A stretch of DNA of 64,000 nt. Origin: a virus. Below the pieces are notes generated by a model. That model searched no databases and was not told the origin of the DNA. It saw nothing but the letters and a program-made list of their open reading frames with translations. Location of the stretch: positions 20,363 through 84,362 of the IMG/VR virus record IMGVR_UViG_3300009514_000013; one strand, written 5' to 3'. Below, one piece after another: positions 56,126 to 64,000 of the stretch (the stretch's first letter is position 1; every line of letters starts with the position of its first letter). The translations under genes and the position numbers were made by a program.

Positions 56126-57004
56126 ATGGTTATCCATCCAGCAATTCTGGATTCGGAAGCAGCTCCTCTACCTCCTCCACCGTTGGCTTTTCAGGTGGTG
56201 TTTGCGACGCCTTTGAACTCGAATACGATCCGAGTATTCCTGACCAAAGAACCACGTCATTCGTCTCCTCTAGGACCTGCAGACGCTCTCAACCGTTTGA
56301 ATTGGGATATCTCTTTGATTGCTGGCCCTGGGAAAGTTCCCATCGTAACGAAAGTGGAGAACCCATTACCACAACCTGATCTTGAAGATGATGCTCTTGG
56401 ACCTCTTCCGACAGCTTGGTCAGTGGATTTGAGAACCAATCAGAGAATCTTGTTGGAATCTACGTACCTCACAGTTGCTAGTCCTGACATCGAGACTCAG
56501 GACGGCTTAGAGACCATGGCAGCTCCACCCGATGACCGGGGAGAGCATCCAGGCATCAAGGAGCCTCGCCAATTGGTCCCATTTCGCGCTGTAACGACTC
56601 AGCTGGGGATTGATCTCTTCTATGATTTCTTCGGCGATAGGAGCGCTGAGGGGGCTTACAACTTAGATCCTCGTAACGACTTGGACGTTCACAGTGGTCT
56701 ATCAGCTCTCAAGAAACGGATCATTCGGAGGTTGATCACTCGCCCTGGTGGTTTCTTCCACCTTCCAAGCTACGGAGCAGGTCTTAAAACCAAAGAACTC
56801 TTCAACTCAACTCAGCTAGCCGTGTTGAGAACTCAAATCGAAAGACAGGTGAGAGAAGAAGAGGAAGTTTCCGACCTTAGCGCGGTAGTCACTTCACCAG
56901 CACCTGGGGTTTTGATCGTAGAGTTGAAAATTCGAACTGCAAAAGGTTTTGCAACTTCTATGAGAATTGAGGTTCCTGATGAAGGTGATATCTTGATTTC
57001 CTAG
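56126..57004 (+). CDS. baseplate wedge protein, gpW/gp25-like, copy 1
   Basis: RIIRRLITRPGGFFHLPSYGAGL. Confidence 0.7.
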   Translation: MVIHPAILDSEAAPLPPPPLAFQVVFATPLNSNTIRVFLTKEPRHSSPLGPADALNRLNWDISLIAGPGKVPIVTKVENPLPQPDLEDDALGPLPTAWSVDLRTNQRILLESTYLTVASPDIETQDGLETMAAPPDDRGEHPGIKEPRQLVPFRAVTTQLGIDLFYDFFGDRSAEGAYNLDPRNDLDVHSGLSALKKRIIRRLITRPGGFFHLPSYGAGLKTKELFNSTQLAVLRTQIERQVREEEEVSDLSAVVTSPAPGVLIVELKIRTAKGFATSMRIEVPDEGDILIS

Positions 57005-57799
57005 ATGACTCTTTCGGTAATCCTAGCTTCACCTTTGAACTCCAACACCGTCAGGGTGTTCTTCTCTATAGAGCCTAGGCACTCGTCTCCATTAGGAGAA
57101 TTTGATTCTCTCAATCGGTTGAATTGGACACTGGAACTTGTAAGTTCGACGCCAAGAGTGACAGAACCCGTAATCACTCGGTGTGAGAACCCTTTGAGGC
57201 AACCGGATGTTGATCCTGGATTTCCCGATGCTTGGTCTATTGACCTACGTATAGACCGCATCCTGGTTCTAGGGTCTGTATATAGAACAATCGCTAGTTC
57301 AATCATCGAATCTGCAGACGGAGCATTCACTATGCTCCCAGATCCTGATGATCGTTATGACTTCCCGGGTATTGAAGAATTACGACCTAGAGTTCCAGCG
57401 AAAGCTGAGCAAACTGAAACTGGTTTAGATCTCTTCTACGACACATTTGGAGCAACGTTTCGGCTAGATCCTCGTAATGATTTAGATACTCACCGTGGGA
57501 TTGAAACCATCAAGAAGCGAATCATTCGAAGGTTGATGACTTCTCCTGGTGGGTTTTCTCATCTCGAAACATACGGAGCAGGTATCCGGACCAAAGAACC
57601 AGCAAACACCACGAACCTAAATGAAATTCGTGCATCGGTACTTCGACAAGTGGAAGCAGAGGAAGAAGTGGTTCGGGCTTCAGTGAATGTGAGCTTCCAA
57701 GCTGGAGTCTTGTTCGTTGATGTCAAAGCTAGAACCAGAAGAGACCAATTCGCCTTAGGGTTTGAAATTCCAGAAGAAGGTGAAATCATTGTCAGCTGA
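57005..57799 (+). CDS. baseplate wedge protein, gpW/gp25-like, copy 2
   Basis: RIIRRLMTSPGGFSHLETYGAGI; full-length paralogue of copy 1. Confidence 0.7.
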   Translation: MTLSVILASPLNSNTVRVFFSIEPRHSSPLGEFDSLNRLNWTLELVSSTPRVTEPVITRCENPLRQPDVDPGFPDAWSIDLRIDRILVLGSVYRTIASSIIESADGAFTMLPDPDDRYDFPGIEELRPRVPAKAEQTETGLDLFYDTFGATFRLDPRNDLDTHRGIETIKKRIIRRLMTSPGGFSHLETYGAGIRTKEPANTTNLNEIRASVLRQVEAEEEVVRASVNVSFQAGVLFVDVKARTRRDQFALGFEIPEEGEIIVS

Positions 57800-57839
57800 T
57801 CCTGTAAACGATTAACATGCCTCCAGAAGGAGCACCCAG

Positions 57840-58979
57840 TTGGCTGATCTACCTACCAGAGAAGAACTCTTTCAACGATGGCGAGCAGCTGCTTTGGCTG
57901 TTCCAGGTACCCGGATTTCCCCTCGTGAAATCGATCGCGATGGATCAGATCTCAATCTGGTAGCAGCAGCCGGATCCATTCTCGGTGAGGAAATTGTCAA
58001 CCGCGAAGCTAAAGCACTGGCTGGTGTTTTCGAAGATACTGCTGAAGGTGAAGCTCTTGACCGAGTCGTCTTCGATCGAAAGGGATTGCCCAGAAAGCCA
58101 TCAGCACCAGCTGTTGGTGAGGTTGAACTGACTCGTCCAACATTTGCCGCTGGTGCTGGAACCATCGATGGTGGCTTGTCAGGCTCTTTACCTACTCCGA
58201 CACGAATCCGAACCAATCAGGGAATCACTTATATTCTAACAGAACCAGCTGTGTTCGGAGCTGCTGATCTCGGACCAATCACGGTGACCGTACAGGCTGA
58301 GCTAGCTGGCCTATCTGAAGAGGTAGCTGAAGACCAAGCTTGGAATTTCGTTGATGTTCCTTTTGATACGTCAATTGTAATTGCCAATCCGGTAGAGATG
58401 GCAGGTGCTGCTGATGAAGAAACAGACGCAACCTATCGTTCACGAGCCAAAGCGTTCTTTCCTACCATCCGAAGAGGAACCTTAGGCGCAATCGAGTTTG
58501 GCTTGGTATCCACTCCTGGAATTGAAACAGCAACTGTTCTGGAAACGATTGCACCTGGAACGGGTTTACCAGCTTGTTCTGTTCAAGCATTCATTCTGGA
58601 TGCTTTAGGAAATGCGAACGAAACACTCGCAGCACGAGGACTTCTGAACCTATTGGAATTCAGAGCTGCCGGTATACCCGTAATCATTGTTCCTGGAACA
58701 CCTCGATTCATTGATATCCGAATCATTCTTTCATTCGACACAGCTGTTGTTTTGGACACTAGCCAAGCTGCTGATGATGTTCGATCGGCGATCATTACTG
58801 CTCTCAACAATCAGAGACCAGGTCAAAATCTATTGCGTTCTACCATCATTGCAGCAGCTAGATCTGTTGAAGGTGTAACCATTGAAGATACCGATTTGAT
58901 CGAACCTGCTGGTACATTGATTCCAGCAACTCCCGATGAAGCTTTCCGCACCCGTCGAGAGTTGATTGAAACCACTTAG
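57840..58979 (+). CDS. baseplate J-like protein
   Basis: TAEGEALDR, GAADEETDATYRSR, RRGT..AI. Confidence 0.85.
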   Translation: MADLPTREELFQRWRAAALAVPGTRISPREIDRDGSDLNLVAAAGSILGEEIVNREAKALAGVFEDTAEGEALDRVVFDRKGLPRKPSAPAVGEVELTRPTFAAGAGTIDGGLSGSLPTPTRIRTNQGITYILTEPAVFGAADLGPITVTVQAELAGLSEEVAEDQAWNFVDVPFDTSIVIANPVEMAGAADEETDATYRSRAKAFFPTIRRGTLGAIEFGLVSTPGIETATVLETIAPGTGLPACSVQAFILDALGNANETLAARGLLNLLEFRAAGIPVIIVPGTPRFIDIRIILSFDTAVVLDTSQAADDVRSAIITALNNQRPGQNLLRSTIIAAARSVEGVTIEDTDLIEPAGTLIPATPDEAFRTRRELIETT

Positions 58980-58987
58980 GAAATTCA

Positions 58988-60649
58988 ATGGCTGAATTCG
59001 GACCACCTCTCCCAATCACTCGAGATGAACTCATTGATGTTCTGAGAAGGAACTTCGAAGCCCATTGGATAGGTGACGATGATCCTGCTTTTCCATCGGG
59101 TTTGTTGGGAGACCCTTCTAGCCTTTCGATCTTCGAAGGTGCCATTGCTCAGATTCTAAGGATTCAAGAGTCTGTAGATGAAAACCTTTACAATGGAGCA
59201 TTCATCCTCACTGCTCCTGGCCGATCACCAGCCACTTCAACGGTTAGATTATCTAGACCATCAGGTGCTGAAGTTGTTGTACTAACCACAACAAGATTCC
59301 AAGACGATCGTGGAGCAATTTGGAGACCAATTTCTAATTTTACCATTCCTGCTTCTGGTGGTGCTCAAGAGGTAGATGTTCCGATTCAAACCGAGCGAGC
59401 TGGCTACTTTCTCAATTCGTTTCTACCACTTACCTACCAAGCGTTGGACCCTCTTCCTGATCCAACGCTCATAACAATTGCTGGGGTTGATCCTGCAGTC
59501 GGTGGGAAAACTCCTTATCTGGATCAACATGGAAAAGAACGTCGTGTATTTCGGGCATCTTTAGAAAGTGATGAACAGTACCGTGCAAGAATTCGTTTTA
59601 TCGAGGACCAGGTCAGTCCAAAAGCTATTGCACAGACAGTCATTGATATACTTGATGCTTTCCCTCTGACGAAACCGATTGTTGATCTCATCATTCGAGA
59701 TGGGCTTAGAACAGTCATAGAGCCATTTGAAGACTCTGCTCAACACGCTCAGATCAACCTCACTGGTAGTCCTGGTGGTTTGTTCTATGACAGCGAAGTC
59801 CCGATACCTGTACCCGCAATTACGCCATACATAGGCGGGGCATTCTTAGATGATTTGAATGGTGGAGTTCTGAGATCAAGAGAGGATGCGTGTGCTTGGT
59901 TTGACATCTTTCTCCCAAATCTAGTCGATCCTGACGAAGCTAGAAGGTTCACAGATGATCCGGATCCACTTTTGGGTTTTTGGTTCGATGATGACGATTT
60001 CGGATATATGGATGGCGTGGCCAGCGAAGCTCTTACTGCACCAATAGCAGCACTTGCGGATGAGTTAGATCGAAGAAGAGCCGCTTGTGTGAGATTTCGA
60101 ATCATTGTTGGGGAAGACGTTCGTTTAGTTAGAGTTCCTCCATTTGGAAGTCTGCGTATTTTTGGAGCGTGGTCTGACCAGAGTGGAGCGACTACTGAAC
60201 CTGAAATAATTGATGCCGTTGCTACCTTCGATGGTGATGAAACGTACATGGTTACTACAACAGGTGCTGGACCATCAGCTGCTTTTACAGCTTCCGATCT
60301 TCTCTTTGATATGCCGACTGTCACTCCTCCTGTGTCTATTTCACATGTTGTGATGAGAGCTAGAGTAAGAAAACAAGATGTTGGGGCTGGGGCTGATCCG
60401 ATTTTCAATTTCGTCATCGGACCGACAGCAGTTGCACCCGAAAGAGTGCCACCATCAGTTACAATCGACACAGAATCATATCGAGAAATCGAAGTAATTC
60501 TTGAAGAAAATCCAATAGCTGCTGCTCCTTGGACTCTAGGAGATATCTCAGGGATCGTGATATTTGGATGCGCGAATACAGCTGGTGTTGCTACAGAAGA
60601 ACTTCGTGTGTCTGAACTATCAATTGAATTCGTGGTAAATCATGGCTAG
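58988..60649 (+). CDS. baseplate wedge protein
   Basis: LDQHG.ER...R...ESDEQYRARI; follows baseplate J. Confidence 0.65.
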   Translation: MAEFGPPLPITRDELIDVLRRNFEAHWIGDDDPAFPSGLLGDPSSLSIFEGAIAQILRIQESVDENLYNGAFILTAPGRSPATSTVRLSRPSGAEVVVLTTTRFQDDRGAIWRPISNFTIPASGGAQEVDVPIQTERAGYFLNSFLPLTYQALDPLPDPTLITIAGVDPAVGGKTPYLDQHGKERRVFRASLESDEQYRARIRFIEDQVSPKAIAQTVIDILDAFPLTKPIVDLIIRDGLRTVIEPFEDSAQHAQINLTGSPGGLFYDSEVPIPVPAITPYIGGAFLDDLNGGVLRSREDACAWFDIFLPNLVDPDEARRFTDDPDPLLGFWFDDDDFGYMDGVASEALTAPIAALADELDRRRAACVRFRIIVGEDVRLVRVPPFGSLRIFGAWSDQSGATTEPEIIDAVATFDGDETYMVTTTGAGPSAAFTASDLLFDMPTVTPPVSISHVVMRARVRKQDVGAGADPIFNFVIGPTAVAPERVPPSVTIDTESYREIEVILEENPIAAAPWTLGDISGIVIFGCANTAGVATEELRVSELSIEFVVNHG

Positions 60650-60664
60650 TAGAAGGAGCACCCG

Positions 60665-62572
60665 ATGACCAGTCCGAGAACTGTTATTTTCAACACCTTA
60701 GAGCAAATCCTATCAACGGATATGAACAGAGTTGGGACCTTAGCTGGTAAAGCCGCTATGGATACTTTGCTTTGGATATCTACTGGGTTTTCAGGAGCAA
60801 CTCCCAAGAATGCAACTGTTCAAGGTTTAGATCTGACTGCTGCAGCAGCCCTCACTGTGGATCTTTCTCCAGGTGAACTTCTTCTTTATGACGGAGCCGC
60901 TTCTGGTGACGATTCTAAGATGAGACTTGGTCGGCTCGATGCAACCGAGAACATCAATCTTGGACCAGCGGCTGCTGCAAATCCAAGAGTCGATTTAATC
61001 TATGCCACACCAACTGTGGTAACTAGCGATTCTTCGATCCGAAACGTTTTGACGCTTCCAGCTAGGACAGTGACTCCAACTCTTATTGATAAGACCTCAG
61101 ACTCAGGTTTGAGTATTACTGTAGCAACTGGTGGCGAAAGTGCGTTACCAACTCCACCTGTAGCTCCAGCTGGCGCTATTCCTCTTTGGTATGTATTTGT
61201 CGGAGTAGGTGTCGGAGGATTTACAGATGCGGAATTTATCGATGCTAGGGATAAGTTACAACCCGAATCACTAGCTATTCAGAATGAAAGGCAACATGGT
61301 TGCTACATAGCTCGAGATCCTTTGTCTACGACATCAGCAATTTTGGAAAATGGTGTTGTAACTGTAGGTGGACGTTCGGTAAAAGTTTCATCCCAACAAT
61401 CTTTCACAGGTGTTGGGATGAGTGCTGATGGTTCTACAGCACTCACAGCAAGTACAGATTACGACATCTATATGATTGCTGGAGGCTCTTTGTCTCCAAT
61501 GGGGAAGAATACGAACGATGGATTTGTTCTTCGTATTGAGAGTGGCAACGCTCCTCAAGACAGCGGTTTCCCAATAGGAAGTATTACTTACCGACCACTT
61601 CCTGGAGTTCACGATGAAGTTCGTTTTACAACAACCCAGGCTCTTTATCTTGGTTCGTTAAGAACAAATCCAGGTGGTGGATTCGAAACTGGTGGGAGTG
61701 GTCAGCCCATTTCAAGAGATGGGGTGTCAAGAGATGTCACTGTCGAACCTGGACAAATTGGAGTCGCTACACTTCCCCATTGTTGGTTGAGACCACCGGT
61801 TGTCCGCTATGTAAGTTCAGAAGCTATTTCTGTAGGAGCTAGTCAATTTCTTATGTCTGGAATCCCTGGCCGAATAGGAACAACTACTGTAGTCGACATC
61901 ACTACAGATCTCCATAATTTAGAAGTTGAGCAGAATAGCACGTGGTATTACATCTACATGAGGAATCTGGTCGCAAAGAGTGCTTTGTCCAGGACACTTG
62001 TTCATTCGTACGTTTTTGAATTGTCTTCTGAAAAACCAGATTCGTTCGGAAGAAAGCCGACACCTCAAGTCGGCTTTGCTTCCGACGATTACTTATATTG
62101 CGGTGTCGTTTACAATAACTCAGCTGGAGATTTCTACCCGTTCCGAAAGAATGGTCATATTTATTTACTCGAAGGGACTTCCTTAGCTGCTCCTTGGGTC
62201 GATTTCTATATGGGAGCAACTCCTGCAACAGGAGATACTATTCCAAACAACCCGGGTGTTTTGGTGCAAACTATGAACCTTCCAGGGACTGCAAGGAATG
62301 GGATTGTGGATATAGAAATTGAGAGAAGCGGTACAACAAGTTCAGTAGCAGGTGTGAATATTTTCAACAATAATACAGGAGCAGTCCCCAAATTAACCCG
62401 ATTGGAATGGGGAGGAACAAATAATTTCGCCCCTGATGCAAAAACAGTCCAACTGTTTATGAAAGGTACAAGTGCTAGACAAATAGGACTTCGACAAGAT
62501 GGAATGGTAGACCTGACTGCCCATGTGAGCCTTTCTGGATTTGTTGAAGATGTTAACAGCCCTGATCAGTAG
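60665..62572 (+). CDS. tail fibre protein
   Basis: NPRVDLI..P.APAGAIPL..V....IDARD N-terminal fibre motif. Confidence 0.65.
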   Translation: MTSPRTVIFNTLEQILSTDMNRVGTLAGKAAMDTLLWISTGFSGATPKNATVQGLDLTAAAALTVDLSPGELLLYDGAASGDDSKMRLGRLDATENINLGPAAAANPRVDLIYATPTVVTSDSSIRNVLTLPARTVTPTLIDKTSDSGLSITVATGGESALPTPPVAPAGAIPLWYVFVGVGVGGFTDAEFIDARDKLQPESLAIQNERQHGCYIARDPLSTTSAILENGVVTVGGRSVKVSSQQSFTGVGMSADGSTALTASTDYDIYMIAGGSLSPMGKNTNDGFVLRIESGNAPQDSGFPIGSITYRPLPGVHDEVRFTTTQALYLGSLRTNPGGGFETGGSGQPISRDGVSRDVTVEPGQIGVATLPHCWLRPPVVRYVSSEAISVGASQFLMSGIPGRIGTTTVVDITTDLHNLEVEQNSTWYYIYMRNLVAKSALSRTLVHSYVFELSSEKPDSFGRKPTPQVGFASDDYLYCGVVYNNSAGDFYPFRKNGHIYLLEGTSLAAPWVDFYMGATPATGDTIPNNPGVLVQTMNLPGTARNGIVDIEIERSGTTSSVAGVNIFNNNTGAVPKLTRLEWGGTNNFAPDAKTVQLFMKGTSARQIGLRQDGMVDLTAHVSLSGFVEDVNSPDQ

Positions 62573-62583
62573 AAGGTGAATAA

Positions 62584-63207
62584 ATGACAACTAAGTTCGT
62601 CAACATAGATGAGATCACCTCCTATACTGATGAGGAATTTACTCCTGCAATTCAGATAGTCGGAACAGACGGGATCAATACAAAGCCGATCTTACTAGAT
62701 TCGAATGGAAGGATCCTCGTTTCGGTTACAACCCCATTATCACCCGGTAGCAATATAATCGGAAAGGTAAAGCTTACAGGTGACGATGAAAATTCATCAT
62801 TGGGTGTTACTGAGGACGGTCGACTGAAAGCGGAACTATCTCCTCCAACCACACCTTCTTCTAAAACAGGTGTGGTTGGAGAAGATCTTGGAACGATTTC
62901 ATCTCCTACATATCGAAACTATGATATTCCGATTGGAGAAACTTTAGTTCTTCAGCATTTTCTCGCTGGTTGCGAAGGTGAAAGGGGGAAGGGATCGAAA
63001 ATAGAAATATTTTACGATCAAGCTGTCGGTGAACCGATTCAAGATCAACGCTTGTCTCTTGTCTATGTCAATTCAAGTTCGATATTTGTACCGTTGAATT
63101 TCACAACACCTAGACCGGCCATATCCGGAGATAGGATCCGAATCCTACGAACTCCTTTGGAAGGATCGAGTCAGGAAATTTATGCAAAGTGGGAAGGGTA
63201 CTATTAA
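62584..63207 (+). CDS. virion-associated protein
   Basis: L.PGSNIIGKV motif; tail region. Confidence 0.55.
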   Translation: MTTKFVNIDEITSYTDEEFTPAIQIVGTDGINTKPILLDSNGRILVSVTTPLSPGSNIIGKVKLTGDDENSSLGVTEDGRLKAELSPPTTPSSKTGVVGEDLGTISSPTYRNYDIPIGETLVLQHFLAGCEGERGKGSKIEIFYDQAVGEPIQDQRLSLVYVNSSSIFVPLNFTTPRPAISGDRIRILRTPLEGSSQEIYAKWEGYY

Positions 63208-64000
63208 ATGGAATTCTCAAATATCCCATACGCAGAATGGAAATCTCTAGCCCAATCCCACAATTGGGGCATTTATCATAAAACGGTTGATTTTGAGACG
63301 TGTGTTCTTTTTACAGGAACATCTGAGAACATCTTTCAAACGTTAGCTAAGAATATGACTTCTGGACAAACGGTAGATGGAAACCCAATCATCGATTGGG
63401 ATGATTGGAACACCCTCTTCAGCGGAACTAGCATAAGTGTAGCATCGAGCGATGAAGCCAAAACCAAACTTCTAGGCAATATCCCAAAAATAAACCCACC
63501 GAGAACTGAAGACAATAAACCTATCGTTGTCCTCTATCCGGCTAGAGAAGGATTCAACACTTGGATTACTGGGGCTTGCGATTACGACACGAGTCAAAAT
63601 CCACCCACTCTTCAAGCTAGAGGTGAAGGAACTCCTTTTGAATTATCGTGGACTTCCAACGAAACGGGTATCAAATCCATAGAGATGCAATTCTCAGAAC
63701 CGGTAGAGATACATGACGGTCAAGGTCAAATGAGAGAGACTGATGCTTGGGGTGTACAAGATAAAGTATCTTTTGTAGCTAAGCTTCCAGCTACTCCGGC
63801 AACTAATAATGTTGGAGTTGGAAATGCGGATAAGATAGCAACCGGTCTTGGATACAACATCTTTGTGCCAGCAGCAGGTGATGGTGACTGGGATATCGAT
63901 TATGGTGACGGGATCACAACACCTGGTACTGCAGTGCCTGCTCTCACAAATGGAGATGGTTATTGGGATGTCGATGTTGTATTAGGAGTGATCACTCCTA
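63208..64000 (+). CDS. partial gene, probable virion protein, runs off the window
   Basis: ATG 63208 (MEFSNIPYAEWK...) open to the window end. Confidence 0.65.
   Translation, partial: MEFSNIPYAEWKSLAQSHNWGIYHKTVDFETCVLFTGTSENIFQTLAKNMTSGQTVDGNPIIDWDDWNTLFSGTSISVASSDEAKTKLLGNIPKINPPRTEDNKPIVVLYPAREGFNTWITGACDYDTSQNPPTLQARGEGTPFELSWTSNETGIKSIEMQFSEPVEIHDGQGQMRETDAWGVQDKVSFVAKLPATPATNNVGVGNADKIATGLGYNIFVPAAGDGDWDIDYGDGITTPGTAVPALTNGDGYWDVDVVLGVITP

Noticed and set aside
57803-57816. Sixth copy of the 16-bp palindrome (TGTAAACGATTAAC)
   Set aside because: Arms and spacing are degenerate.
1-64000. Stop-codon reassignment
   Set aside because: Conserved genes are intact in the standard code and end in all three stop codons at sensible positions.

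Overview
The window is a 64 kb segment of a tailed dsDNA phage genome with a contractile tail (myovirus), almost entirely on the + strand. A MXAN_4361-type small protein and a cysteine-repeat vWA lipoprotein hint at a Myxococcota-like host. From 0 to 32 kb it carries repair and accessory genes: SbcD/SbcC, a ParB-DNA methyltransferase, DUF6745, DUF932, phosphoesterases, saccharopine dehydrogenase, MazG/HD/DUF5664 nucleotide enzymes and ClpP. From 33 to 64 kb it carries the morphogenesis module from portal to tail fibres. The most unusual signals are: (1) an 80-nt RNA gene that is a complete tmRNA tRNA-like domain with the mRNA-like domain replaced by a GAAA tetraloop; (2) an intein-containing terminase large subunit split into ATPase and nuclease genes 13 kb apart; (3) three small genes built from shuffled 12-bp units (SLxx repeats), plus about ten degenerate relatives between other genes; (4) a dispersed 16-bp palindrome next to start codons; (5) a multi-hairpin RNA element after the major capsid gene. 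All family assignments come from motif recognition by eye; no searches were run.
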